A DNA stretch of 63,536 nucleotides, filler included, from Reclinomonas americana ATCC 50394 (Eukaryota), in assembly GCA_048213135.1 (NCBI GenBank). It is 8 parts of 5 records of this genome, joined end to end, with 100 filler letters (N's around TTAATTAATTAA, not from the genome) between each part and the next. Parts side by side here need not be neighbours in the genome. Positions count along the whole stretch, not along the records: positions 1 to 28,916 come from PS015676.1; 7 more parts are not named here. One strand, 5' to 3'. This document shows, piece after piece, positions 12,020 to 25,246 of the stretch. Under the pieces are notes generated by a model. That model ran no database searches. It was not told the DNA's origin and worked only from the letters and a program-made list of their open reading frames with translations. Position 1 is the first letter of the stretch; every line of letters starts with the position of its first letter. Position numbers and translations under genes: made by a program.

Positions 12020-15000
12020 TGAACAATGAGGGCAGCACGAGCTTATATTCGCTGGCGTTTCACGGTGCGCGACGGTCTGGTGGCCTGTGAGGAGGGCGTG
12101 AGTGACGAATGGTGGGCAACCGTACGCAATTTCACACGAAGATACCGGGAAGGTATAATCGGCCTGCATTACGAGCAGAGAGTCAGCAGAACAAGCACAT
12201 CATCGGCGACTGTAAACAACAGGACGCACAATGTCCGGCGGCTCCTCAGACGCGAAATAGTCGAGCAGATAGGCACCGCGGACTGCCGGCACTTCACCAG
12301 TGGCGAGCGCTTCCATCTCCTGCAACTCGGCGGGCAGGCCGGCGTCCGGTACGACCGCGAAACACACATGGGCGGCACTGAGTGCGGTGAGGAGTCAAGG
12401 ACGACAACAGAGCAACAGAGAAGGGATACGCGGGACACTTCTGGCGAACAGAAAGGATATGCGTTGTGCTGCCGATGAGGGTGATTGGTTCGCCGCCGCC
12501 CTCCGCCACAATGTTGCACAGCAGTTCGTAGTAGGGGCTGGCGTCTTTGTGAATCGCCACTGCAAATTGGGGGAAGGGATTGAGGGAGAGGTGGGGGAGA
12601 AGGGTGGAGGTGAAGGGTGGAGGTAAAGGGAAAGGAGAAGAGATTGAGGGAGAAGGTTGAGGGAGAGTGGAGTGGAGGGAAAGTGTTGAGCTAGGAATAA
12701 GAAGACGACAAGTGACAATCGCCAGTAAGCGCAGAAACAGATTAACAAGCAGAGCAGACATATTAGGGCAGCTACTCAGAGTTCAGGTTGTCTCAGAGTC
12801 AGCCGGTTCTGCTCTGCGAATGCTCAATCTCACAATTTCCGCTGCACTCCAGATTTCTCCTCACCGTTTCCATCTGCGCCTCGACTCAGCAATATGTTGC
12901 GCTTTCAACCTCTCTCTCTCTCTCTCACTCTCTTTGCCTCTCCCTCTATCTCACTCATTCCATTTTACTCTCCATTATCAATCCCATTACTCCATTTCAT
13001 CTCTTTTAGCTTTCCTTTCTCGCTTCTCTCACTTTCCATCTGCCATTCCCCGTTTCCCTCCCTTCTGCTGCGCTTGTTCCTCTCGATTCAGCAATCGGCT
13101 GTGCTCTGCACGCGCCCACACTCTTCTTTCTTTCTGCCCGTTTTCCTTTACGTCTGCGTCTTGTTCCTCGCGATTCAGCTATCAGCTGCGCTCTGCAGCT
13201 CACCCACTCTCTTTCCACCCTCCTTCCATCTGCGTCTTGTTCCTCTCGATTAAGCAATCGTCTGCGCTCTGCACCTCATCCACTCTCGCATCCGTTTCCT
13301 TTCCTTCTACGCTTGTTCCTATTGATTCAGCTAACGGCTGCGCTCTGCACCTCGCCCACTCTCTTCTCTCTCTTGATACCCGTTTCCCTCCCTTCTGCAC
13401 TTGTTTCTCTCGATTCAGCAATTAGCTGCGCTCTGCTCCTTCCCACACTCTTCTCTCTCTTGACACCCGTTTCCCTTTCCTTTCCTGAATCAGCAATCAG
13501 TCGTGCACTCCACCTCGCCAACACTCTCCTCTCTCTTGCCACCCGTTTACTTTCCTTCTGCGTCTTGTTCCTCGCGATTCAGCTATCGGCTGCGCTCTGC
13601 ATCTCAACCACTCTCGCACCCGTCTCCTTTCCATCTGCATCTTGTCCTCTCGATTCAGCAATCAGCTGCGCTCTTCACCTCGCCCACTCTCTTCTCTCTC
13701 TCCATCCGTTTCCTTTCCTTTTCCTGAATCAACAATCAGTCGTGCTCTGCACCTCGCCCACTCTCTTCTCTCTCTTTCCACCCGTTTCCTTCTCTTCAGC
13801 GCTTGTTCCCTTTCCCCTTCTCCGCCCCTTTTTCCCCCTTTCCACTCACCTCGCCTCCCTGCCATCCCTCCATGCCCATGCCGCTGCTTGTACACACGCC
13901 AGCTGCGCGGCGACGCCAACCACAACTTGCGCTCCTTGTCCCAGTCCTCGGCAAAATACTCAAAGTCCTCCTCGGGCAGGAAGCGATCGGCCTTGGCGCA
14001 CTCGTCGCTGCACCCGAGTCAGCGACGGCACTTATGGTTGACAAAGGGAGAAGGGACGCAACAGGTACTCGGCACGCAGAATCCAGCAGCCGGCAGCCAT
14101 GGCGCACAGCACCTTTTCGGTGCGTGAAATGTTGTTGGTGACCAGGTGCGTGCAGCCGGGCACAAAGTGACTGCGTCGGGTGCGCAGCGTTCCTGTGAAT
14201 TAAGACAGTCAGACCAAACTCGTTTCGCAGGACACGCTTCGGTGGCAGGACGAGACCTCCCAGCCGCTCCACCGTGCTGCAAATTAAGAGTGAGTCTCAG
14301 AAGCACCACTATGCACCGAACTGTGTGAATGCGCAACTGCTTGAACTTGCGCGACCGCTGAATGTCGCCGGCAAACAGGAACACGCGCGCACCGGGGGCG
14401 TTGATGTGCGGCACTCGCAGCTCTGCATCCACCGCGGCGAGACTGCGCTTGCTGGCACGCGCGCGTGGCTGTCTGGTCGCGCGCTCCCGCCCACTCGCAC
14501 TGTCCTCGGTGCACTCGCTGGCGGCGGCGGAGGACAGAGGGGGGGTGGCCGTCAGGGGCGGGCGAGTGGGTGGTGTCAGCATGGAGATCGGTGGGGTGCC
14601 GGGGGCGTGGGAGCTCGACGAGATGGGTGAGGAGCGGATGGTGGACATGGTGATGTCGTCGCTGGTCATGTCTGTGGAGGGGAAGGAGGGGGTGCAAGGG
14701 GATATAAGGGAAAGGTTGAAGGGGAAGGTGAAAGGGGAAGGTGGAACGGGAAGGTGGAAGGGGACGGTGGAAGGCAGCGGAAAGGGAAAGGCGATAAAAG
14801 GGAAAGTGGATTTAGGGAGAAAGGAGATGTAGGGGAAAGGTAGGGAAGAGGCAGAGAAGGCAGCGGCAAGGTCAAGGACTTGTGATTGCAAATACAAGTC
14901 AAATGGCGAGATTGATCGACGGAAGATGAACAGGAATCGACGCAAGTTGAGATTTGCGGATTAATGATAATCGAGGAATGGAGATAAGGGGTTGAGTTAC

Positions 15001-17875
15001 AGAATGCAGAGGGCCAACAGTAAAGAGTTGGCGATCCCTTTCGGCCAAGAGAGATAGAGTAAGCAAGCAGTAAAGGGTTGACGATCAAGGGACAAAGGAG
15101 AGAAGAATTGATGATCGAGGGTTACAGGAAGGGAGGGTTGATGATCAAGGGTTAAAGGAGAGGAGAAATGATGATCGAGGGTTACAGCAAACGGAGGTTG
15201 ACGATCAAGGGTCACAGGAGAGAAGAAATGATGATCGAGGGTTACAGGAAAGGAAGGGTTGACGATCAAGGGTCACAGGGGAGAANNNNNNNNNNNNNNN
15301 NNNNNNNNNNNNNNNNNNNNNNNNNNNNNNNNNNNNNNNNNNNNNNNNNNNNNNNNNNNNNNNNNNNNNNNNNNNNNNNNNNNNNNNNNNNNNNNNNNNN
15401 NNNNNNNNNNNNNNNNNNNNNNNNNNNNNNNNNNNNNNNNNNNNNNNNNNNNNNNNNNNNNNNNNNNNNNNNNNNNNNNNNNNNNNNNNNNNNNNNNNNN
15501 NNNNNNNNNNNNNNNNNNNNNNNNNNNNNNNNNNNNNNNNNNNNNNNNNNNNNNNNNNNNNNNNNNNNNNNNNNNNNNNNNNNNNNNNNNNNNNNNNNNN
15601 NNNNNNNNNNNNNNNNNNNNNNNNNNNNNNNNNNNNNNNNNNNNNNNNNNNNNNNNNNNNNNNNNNNNNNNNNNNNNNNNNNNNNNNNNNNNNNNNNNNN
15701 NNNNNNNNNNNNNNNNNNNNNNNNNNNNNNNNNNNNNNNNNNNNNCGCCCTCGGCCCTAGAAGGAGAAGGAGAAGAGTGAGAGGGAAGGGAGAGAAGGGA
15801 TGGGAGAGGAGAAGGAGAAGGGAGATGAGAGGAGAAGGAGAAGGGAGAAGGGAGAGAAGAGGAAGAAGGTGAAGGGAGAAAAGAGAGAGAAGGGAGAAGG
15901 GAGGGAAGGTACTGTATGAATCTACAGTCAAGCAACTTGAGGCAGATGAGATGCGTGTTCTCACGCGTCATGTATCCCGTGTAGCGCGCTCCAATGTACT
16001 GAATGTACCGCTTGAGTTCCTCGCGAGGCACGCCCTGCGAGCATCCAGATGAGTTGCACGCGACAGCAGCGTGCAGCGCGTCGCAAGAAACAAACCTGGA
16101 ATCCAGTGACTGCAATCGTCTGCAACGTAGGGCAAGAGAGAAGAGAGTCAGCAGCAAGAAGCATGACTGCAGAGAAAGAGTGCGACGCGAGGACAGCTCG
16201 AGGCAAGAGAGCAACATTGCCACGCGAGAAACGAGCGGAACACTCAAGGCACGGGAGAACCAGCGCAGACAGACGTAGAACAGAGATCGTTCATGAGAAC
16301 GTGCGGAAACTTGAGGCACTTGACGAGCAACTACAAGCGATGCAAAGAAGACGAGACATGCAAGTGGCGAGACGGAGAGCACAGAATTACAATGCGCGAC
16401 AAAGTACGATTTCGCCCCCCAAGGAGAGTGAGAACTCAACTGCGGAGAGAAAAGAAAAAGAGTGCAATCAGTCACAGACAAAAAGAGACTGCGTTACGGC
16501 ACGACTGATCTCCACAGAGAACTGAAAACCTCTATGACATGCAAGTCCAAGGAGACAGAGTCACACGCAATCACTGATATACAATCGAAAAGAGAGTGCG
16601 ATACAGCACGACGCAAAAAGCATGATCTCCATAGAGAACTGAAAAGTTCTGTGTCCTGCACGGTAAACAGGAAGCCACAAAGAATTGTGGAGAAAAGCGT
16701 GCGCATCCAGTCAGAGAACCACAGACAAAAGAGACTGCGATACTGCATGCCGCGGAAAGCATGATTTCCAGAGAGAAGTGAGAACTTCTTGTGCCATGCA
16801 CGGTAAACAGGAAGCCACGAGAATTAAGGAGAAAAGTGTGCGCATCCAGTCAGAGAACCACAGACAAAAGAGACTGAGATACTGCATGCCGCGGAAAGCA
16901 TGATCTCCAGAGAGAAGTGAGAACTTCTTGTGCCGTGCATGCCACAGAGAATTCAAGGTGAAAAGTCACACGCAGTACAACGGAAAGAAATTGCAAATGA
17001 CATGACGCACAAAGCCTGCTCTCCCGAATCGAAGCGAGAATATCTCTGTGCTGCGCGGAAAACAGGAAACACGGAGAATCAAAAGAAAAAAGTCACACGA
17101 ACGCAAACAACAAGAAGCGGTGATACAATATGCCGAGAAAAACATGATCTCCAGAAACACAGTGAGACTATCTGCGCTGCGCGGTAAACAATAGACAAAG
17201 CGATTCGTGACAGATTGATTTCTCATCTTCTCTTCCCCATTTCTCCTCCCTTCCCCTTCACCCTTTCCCCCCACACCCCTTCCCCTTCTCTCCCTTCAAC
17301 ACACCATTCTCTCCATGCGGTAAACAAAAGACAAAGCGATTCGTGACAGCTTGATTTCTCTTCTTCCCTTCCCCTTCCCCCTTCACCCTTCCCCCCTTCT
17401 CCCCCCTTCCCCTGTAACACACCATCCTCTCCATCGCCGCAATGGTCTTACTGGGCGTAATCTGGAAATCAACATCCGACGTCGGCAGCAGCGACAGCGA
17501 ATTGTGGCAGCGCACCAGCCACCGCTCATTCACGCAGCGACAGCCGGCACAAATGGCCTCGGCGTAGCCGGCGTCGCTCGTCGCGCTGCCGATGAACAGA
17601 TTGTGCCGCCGCCGATCGAACACGAAATCCACCTCGGCGCCCATGCTGCGCAGCACGCTCACCACATACATGGCGTTCTCCGTCGCCCCCGGGATGGAGT
17701 CGTCGGCGGGAGGGGCTGCAGCGGTGGTGGTGGTGGTGGTGGAAGTGGCGGCGGGATCTGCCGCAGGTGCTGCTGCTGCGACAGGAGCAGGCTCGGCGGG
17801 AGCCTCGACGGCAGCGGGGGCGGGGGCAGGGGCGGGGGCGGGGGCGGGAAGCGGACCGTGTACGTCAATCACCGC
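12020..17875 (-). CDS. Multi-BRCT DNA-damage/replication scaffold (TOPBP1/PAXIP1-like), partial and interrupted by gaps
   Basis: BRCT motifs LRSMGAEV..CRCVNERWLVRC (17.5 kb) and IQYIGARYTGYMTRENTHLIC (16.0 kb), and a C-terminal tandem pair CTHLVTNNISRTEKVLCAMAAGCWILRAEYL|DECAKADRFLPEEDFEYF..NIVAEGGG. Ends are approximate. Confidence 0.8.
13030..13810. repeat. Intronic degenerate minisatellite (core CTCGATTCAGCAATCAGCTGCGCTCTGCACCTCGCCCACTCT)
   Basis: About 9 copies of the core separated by related pyrimidine-rich linkers. Confidence 0.85.
15070..15285. repeat. ~30 bp tandem repeat (TGATGATCRAGGGTTACAGG...) running into a gap
   Basis: Tandem units visible; shares the GATCAAGGGT core with the 5470 family. 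Confidence 0.8.
16480..17190. repeat. ~125 bp degenerate intronic tandem repeat
   Basis: Repeated AAAAGAGACTGCGATAC..AAAGCATGATCTCCAGAGA..CACGGTAAACAGGAAGCCAC blocks. Confidence 0.8.
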
Positions 17876-19383
17876 NNNNNNNNNNNNNNNNNNNNNNNNN
17901 NNNNNNNNNNNNNNNNNNNNNNNNNNNNNNNNNNNNNNNNNNNNNNNNNNNNNNNNNNNNNNNNNNNNNNNNNNNNNNNNNNNNNNNNNNNNNNNNNNNN
18001 NNNNNNNNNNNNNNNNNNNNNNNNNNNNNNNNNNNNNNNNNNNNNNNNNNNNNNNNNNNNNNNNNNNNNNNNNNNNNNNNNNNNNNNNNNNNNNNNNNNN
18101 NNNNNNNNNNNNNNNNNNNNNNNNNNNNNNNNNNNNNNNNNNNNNNNNNNNNNNNNNNNNNNNNNNNNNNNNNNNNNNNNNNNNNNNNNNNNNNNNNNNN
18201 NNNNNNNNNNNNNNNNNNNNNNNNNNNNNNNNNNNNNNNNNNNNNNNNNNNNNNNNNNNNNNNNNNNNNNNNNNNNNNNNNNNNNNNNNNNNNNNNNNNN
18301 NNNNNNNNNNNNNNNNNNNNNNNNNNNNNNNNNNNNNNNNNNNNNNNNNNNNNNNNNNNNNNNNNNNNNNNNNNNNNNNNNNNNNNNNNNNNNNNNNNNN
18401 NNNNNNNNNNNNNNNNNNNNNNNNNNNNNNNNNNNNNNNNNNNNNNNNNNNNNNNNNNNNNNNNNNNNNNNNNNNNNNNNNNNNNNNNNNNNNNNNNNNN
18501 NNNNNNNNNNNNNNNNNNNNNNNNNNNNNNNNNNNNNNNNNNNNNNNNNNNNNNNNNNNNNNNNNNNNNNNNNNNNNNNNNNNNNNNNNNNNNNNNNNNN
18601 NNNNNNNNNNNNNNNNNNNNNNNNNNNNNNNNNNNNNNNNNNNNNNNNNNNNNNNNNNNNNNNNNNNNNNNNNNNNNNNNNNNNNNNNNNNNNNNNNNNN
18701 NNNNNNNNNNNNNNNNNNNNNNNNNNNNNNNNNNNNNNNNNNNNNNNNNNNNNNNNNNNNNNNNNNNNNNNNNNNNNNNNNNNNNNNNNNNNNNNNNNNN
18801 NNNNNNNNNNNNNNNNNNNNNNNNNNNNNNNNNNNNNNNNNACTGTGAAAAGGCAAAGGGTGGGGGAAAGGGGAAGGGTGGGTGAGGGGGATGTGAGGGG
18901 AAGGGTGGATGAGGAGAAGGGGGATTAGGGTGGGAGGAGGGGGGGATGAGGATGAGAGGGGAAGAGGAGAGGGGGGAGAGCAGAGGGAGAGAAGAGCAGA
19001 GGAGAGGAGAGGGAAGCAGAGAAAGAGCAGAGGAGGGAACAGAGAAAGCAGAGCAGAAGAGAGAGAGAACAGCAGAACAGAGCCGGGGAGAGAAGAGCAG
19101 AGAAGAGCAAGGAGAAGAACAGAGGACAGCAGAGGAGAGCAGAGCAGGGGAGAGAAGAGCACAGCACAGCAGAGTGCAAAGAACAGAGCAGACGAGGGCA
19201 GAGAAGAAAAGAAATGATCAGGGTTGAGACAAATAGATGAACAGCCGAGAGAAGGACAGTGTTCTGCAAGGGGAGCGAAAGCAGGAGAGCGGGAGACAGA
19301 CAATCAAGTGAGAATGCAGAATGAGAAGAAGAAGACAGAAGGAATGAAGGAGGCAGTGTGCTGCGAGGAGAGAGCACAGAGAG

Positions 19384-19456
<73 letters not shown>

Positions 19457-20464
19457 GACGTAGTACGNNNNNNNNNNNNNNNNNNNNNNNNNNNNNNNNN
19501 NNNNNNNNNNNNNNNNNNNNNNNNNNNNNNNNNNNNNNNNNNNNNNNNNNNNNNNNNNNNNNNNNNNNNNNNNNNNNNNNNNNNNNNNNNNNNNNNNNNN
19601 NNNNNNNNNNNNNNNNNNNNNNNNNNNNNNNNNNNNNNNNNNNNNNNNNNNNNNNNNNNNNNNNNNNNNNNNNNNNNNNNNNNNNNNNNNNNNNNNNNNN
19701 NNNNNNNNNNNNNNNNNNNNNNNNNNNNNNNNNNNNNNNNNNNNNNNNNNNNNNNNNNNNNNNNNNNNNNNNNNNNNNNNNNNNNNNNNNNNNNNNNNNN
19801 NNNNNNNNNNNNNNNNNNNNNNNNNNNNNNNNNNNNNNNNNNNNNNNNNNNNNNNNNNNNNNNNNNNNNNNNNNNNNNNNNNNNNNNNNNNNNNNNNNNN
19901 NNNNNNNNNNNNNNNNNNNNNNNNNNNNNNNNNNNNNNNNNNNNNNNNNNNNNNNNNNNNNNNNNNNNNNNNNNNNNNNNNNNNNNNNNNNNNNNNNNNN
20001 NNNNNNNNNNNNNNNNNNNNNNNNNNNNNNNNNNNNNNNNNNNNNNNNNNNNNNNNNNNNNNNNNNNNNNNNNNNNNNNNNNNNNNNNNNNNNNNNNNNN
20101 NNNNNNNNNNNNNNNNNNNNNNNNNNNNNNNNNNNNNNNNNNNNNNNNNNNNNNNNNNNNNNNNNNNNNNNNNNNNNNNNNNNNNNNNNNNNNNNNNNNN
20201 NNNNNNNNNNNNNNNNNNNNNNNNNNNNNNNNNNNNNNNNNNNNNNNNNNNNNNNNNNNNNNNNNNNNNNNNNNNNNNNNNNNNNNNNNNNNNNNNNNNN
20301 NNNNNNNNNNNNNNNNNNNNNNNNNNNNNNNNNNNNNNNNNNNNNNNNNNNNNNNNNNNNNNNNNNNNNNNNNNNNNNNNNNNNNNNNNNNNNNNNNNNN
20401 NNNNNNNNNNNNNNNNNNNNNNNNNNNNNNNNNNNNNNNNNNNNNNNNNNNNCACACTCACTCT

Positions 20465-20536
<72 letters not shown>

Positions 20537-20671
20537 ACTCTCAGTCTCTCTTTTTCTGCTCATTCTCATCCGCCTTTCTTTGTTCTGCCTTCCCTTCTCT
20601 TTCTGCTCTCTCTTTCTCTCTTCCCGCCCTCTCCCTTGTGCACTCGCTCGCTCACTCACTCCCACTCACAG

Positions 20672-23600
20672 GATCGCCGCGACTCCCGCCTCCGCCGCGA
20701 GTACATCTACAAGAAGAATGTGGAGATTCAGGAGGCCAGCAAGGCCGAGAAGAAGAGCCTGATCAAGCGTGCCATTGCTGGTGAGTCGCGTGTGGAGAGA
20801 AGAGAAGAGAGCGCGCGTCACTTTTATTTTTTGAGTGTGTGTGTTTTGATGATGTACATGTGCACATGAATTTTTTTTTGGACTCACTCTTCTCATTTTT
20901 TTGTTTGTGGTGGCGGGGTGCAGAGAAGCAGCGTGTGGCGACGGAGATTGTGGATGATGTGCACACGTTGCGGCATGAGATGGAGATGGAGGATGAGAGG
21001 ACCGCGGGTGAGTCATTGGGGAATTGGGAGGAGAAGGATGGAGGGGGAAGGGGAAGTGGGTGCAGGAGGAGAGCTGGGCGTGTGTTGTATGTTGTGCAGC
21101 TGTGATGCGCGGAACAGCGTCAGGTGCACTATTTTTGCACTACGGTTGAGTTCTTTGAGATGTGACAACGAGATGGAGTGTGCGCTGTTCTGCAAACTGT
21201 GCAGCTGTGAGAGAAAGCCAATCAGACGCCCTATTTTGAGATCTTGTTGGTGCGAGGGATATAGAAGAAGGAAGTGTGGGAAAGAGTGAGTGAGAGCAGC
21301 TCTGCAAGCTTTGCAGGCGCGTTGAAGGAACCGCGTCAAACGCCCTCGTTTGAGTGCTTATGGGCGACGAGGGAGACGAGTGGTCAATCTCTCCTTCTCC
21401 CCTTCTATTCCCCCTTCTCTCCCCTTCTCTCCCTTCTCTCCCCTTCTCTCCCCTTCTCTCCCCCTTTTCTCCCCCNNNNNNNNNNNNNNNNNNNNNNNNN
21501 NNNNNNNNNNNNNNNNNNNNNNNNNNNNNNNNNNNNNNNNNNNNNNNNNNNNNNNNNNNNNNNNNNNNNNNNNNNNNNNNNNNNNNNNNNNNNNNNNNNN
21601 NNNNNNNNNNNNNNNNNNNNNNNNNNNNNNNNNNNNNNNNNNNNNNNNNNNNNNNNNNNNNNNNNNNNNNNNNNNNNNNNNNNNNNNNNNNNNNNNNNNN
21701 NNNNNNNNNNNNNNNNNNNNNNNNNNNNNNNNNNNNNNNNNNNNNNNNNNNNNNNNNNNNNNNNNNNNNNNNNNNNNNNNNNNNNNNNNNNNNNNNNNNN
21801 NNNNNNNNNNNNNNNNNNNNNNNNNNNNNNNNNNNNNNNNNNNNNNNNNNNNNNNNNNNNNNNNNNNNNNNNNNNNNNNNNNNNNNTCCCCCTCCGCAGC
21901 CGCCGCCTCCACTGTCGACGACGAGTACGCCCGCGCCGGCATGGAGGACCCGCGCATCCTCATCACTACCTCGCGCGACCCCAGCTCGCGCCTCATCCAG
22001 TTCGTCAAGGAGCTGTCGTTTGTGTTCCCCAACACGCAGCGCATGAACCGCGGCCAGCACGTCATCAAGAACATTGTCAAGTCGTGCCGCACGCACGAGT
22101 TTACCGATTTGATTTTGGTGCATGAGCATCGCGGGGAGCCAGGTGCGCACAAGGGAAAGGAAAAGGGGAAGGGATGCGATGATAGAGAGACGAAGAGCAT
22201 CCGCACATTCTCTGTGATTGTCTCTCAATCTCTCTTCGAGTCAGTCTCTCTCTCTCTCTCTTTCTTCGAGCCAGTCTCTCTTTCTTCGTGTCGGCTTCTC
22301 TCTCTCTCTCTCTATCTTCGCATCAGTGTGTGTTTCTTCAAGTCTCTCTTTCTTCCAAGTCTCTCTCTCTCTTTGCCTCTCTCTCTGTATGTCTCCCTCT
22401 TTGTCTCTCTCTCTCTCTCTCCCTCTCTCTCGCTGTCCACCCCTCTCTTTCACGCTCTCCCTCTCCCTCCCTCTGACATTACCTCCCTTTCCCCCTTTCC
22501 CCCTTTCTCCCTTTCCCTCCACAGACGGCCTCATCATCTCCCACCTCCCCTACGGACCCACCGCCTACTTTGCCATTGTCAACGCCGTCTCGCGCCACGA
22601 CATCAAGGCCGACGGCACGATTCCCACCGCCTATCCGCACCTGGTGATGGAGAATTTCACGACCAAGCTCGGCAAGCGCGTGGCGAATATTCTGAAGTTC
22701 CTGTTCCCGGTGCCGAGGCCCGACACGCGGCGCATCATCACGTTTGCGAACTCGAATGATTATATTTCGTTCAGGTGTGTGGGACGGGAAAGAGAGGGGG
22801 GAGGGGAAGGGATTTGAGGGGAAGGGGAAGGGGGAAGGGAGGGGAAGGGGAAGGGGGAAGGGCGAAGGGAGGAGAAGGGGGAAGAGTGGGAAATGAAGGA
22901 TATGGAAAGGGGGAGGGAGAGAAGAGAGGCGAGGAAAGAATGAACGCGATATGAACGAAGGTTGACATTAGTGAGCGAGAGAAAGAAGCACGAACAGAGA
23001 ATTGGAGATACGAGCGAGACCAGAAACTGATGAGAGAGAAGGCCCAGGTGAAGAGGAAATAAGAGACTTGTGTTTTCAAGGATGATTGTCACACTGTGGA
23101 CTTGAAGTGAGGCGCGTGCTTCTTTGTTGTCGGTCTCCTTCTCTCGTTCTCTTTCTCTCTTTCTTTCTATCTCTCTTTCTCTCTTGTTGTCTTTCTCTCT
23201 CTGTCTTTCTCTCATTTTTCTTCTTCCTTCTCATGTGCCTCTTTTCTCTCTTCTTCGTTCTCTATGTACCTCTTTCACCTGCTGAGTTGTCACTTGTGAA
23301 TCAGAAGAATGCTCGAGGTTTGCTATCTCGTTCTCGACAAACTGGAGTGAGGTGTGATGCCTCTTCGTGACAGCTTTTGTCACTTGATGCGCCACGTGCT
23401 TCTCGCTTTCTTTCTCATTCATTGTTTCTCTCTCTTTTGTTTACTCTCAATTCTCTCAAGCATTCTCTCAAACGTGTTCCATGTCTCTTTCACTCAGCAT
23501 AGACATTGAGTTGTCGCACTTGTGAATCAGAAGGATGCATGCAGTGGAAAAGGACGCATTCAATAGATGAGAATGAGACGCTGTCATTCTGGTTGCAGTG

Positions 23601-23973
23601 AGAGGCCGAAGAGCTGAAGGGAGTGTCGCACTGTATTGAGAGAATGTATCGGGTGTTGGAGAATTGCACGAGAAGATCGGCACTCGACACCACACTTTGC
23701 TGTTGAGATGGACGCAGAAAGGAGGGAAGAGCACTGTGTCAGTGCCATAGCGAGGACTCTTTATATTGCTCTTCCCTCACTTCACCCTTCGCCCACAATA
23801 GGCATCACATTTACGAGGTGCAAGACGGCCAGACGGTGCTGAAGGAGGTGGGTCCGCGCTTCGAACTGCGCTTGTTCCAGATCCGCCTGGGCACGGTGGA
23901 CATGACGGAGGCGGAGAACGAGTGGGTGTTGAGACCGTACATGAATTCGGCGGCGAAGAAGCAGCAGATTTGA
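20672..23973 (+). CDS. IMP4: U3 snoRNP protein IMP4 (Brix domain), first exon in gap. Exons 20672-20780, 20924-21007, 21900-22142, 22525-22774, 23802-23973
   Basis: [84 protein letters not shown]. Confidence 0.96.
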
Positions 23974-24562
23974 GAAAGGAGGGAAATCGGTTGGATTGAT
24001 GGTCGGAATAAAAATAGTCGAGGCTGAAGTGTGGCGTGGAGAGGAGGAGGAGAAGAGCAGAGGAGGATGCATCAACCGAGTGACTTGGCGGGTATCCGCG
24101 ATGCGCTGGTCAAGTTGTGTGAGGGGAGAAGGGAAAGAGAAGAGGAAGGGTGTTGAGGGAGAAAGAGAGAGTGGCATGAAGGGAAGGGTGTTGTGCAAGT
24201 GGGGATGGAAGGAGAGAGCACTGGCGAGTCGGGAGAGAGAGGGGGGCGAGTGGGAGAGAGAACTGTCTCTCTTTCTCTCGTTCACTCTCTTCGCGTTGCG
24301 CATCGATGCAGAAGGCAGAACGCCCTCTCTTGCACTTTGTACGCTCGTCTCCTCTCTGTTTTCTTTAGAGGGCGGGAGTGCAAGAGAGTGAAAGAGAGAA
24401 CTCTTCTCTCAGTGCAGGATTCATGCAGAAGGCAGACTGGTTGGAATGCAGCCCTCTCTCTCGCACAGCACACGCCCTCGCTGAGTGTGCTCGTCCCCCT
24501 TTGTCTGAGAGACAGAGAGCAAGAAAGAGAGAGCAGATGACAGCACAGCTGAGAGAGATGAC

Positions 24563-24598
<36 letters not shown>

Positions 24599-24737
24599 AC
24601 GAGAGAGAGAAAGAGAGAGAAGAGAGGAGAGCGAGTNNNNNNNNNNNNNNNNNNNNNNNNNNNNNNNNNNNNNNNNNNNNNNNNNNNNNNNNNNNNNNNN
24701 NNNNNNNNNNNNNNNNNNNNNNNNNNNNNNNNTACTA

Positions 24738-24793
<56 letters not shown>

Positions 24794-25246
24794 ACCCAAT
24801 TCTAGAACATCAACAACTCACGCCTCACAATACGTACATATACATACACACGAGGAAGGGAACTGCACACTAAATACAGTACGATTCTAACACTCCTGAT
24901 CGCCCTCCTCTCTCTCTCTCTCCTGTACAAGAATTACTTCATGCACAGACAACATCAGCCACTCACCCCATACACGCACACATACACCCGACTCAGTAAT
25001 ACACGCAGCACCGTGAAGTCAACCACATCCAACTGCTTGCTAATCCTATACACTCGCAGAGAGATCACCGGCCTCTGTTGCAAACGCACACGTACGCACA
25101 TGATACGCAGCGAATTCAACTTATTCAACTGCTCCGCCACACACACACTCACGAAAAGAGAGAGAACATGCGAACCCTGTCCTCCACCATTCCAGCTCAT
25201 CTGCGTCCCTTCTCTCCGCCCTTCCCCACTCCCCCCACTACGCAAC

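Noticed and set aside
13030..13810. Repeat-spacer-like appearance (CRISPR-like)
   Set aside because: The linkers are related to each other, the repeats are degenerate, the location is intronic and eukaryotic, and no cas genes are present.
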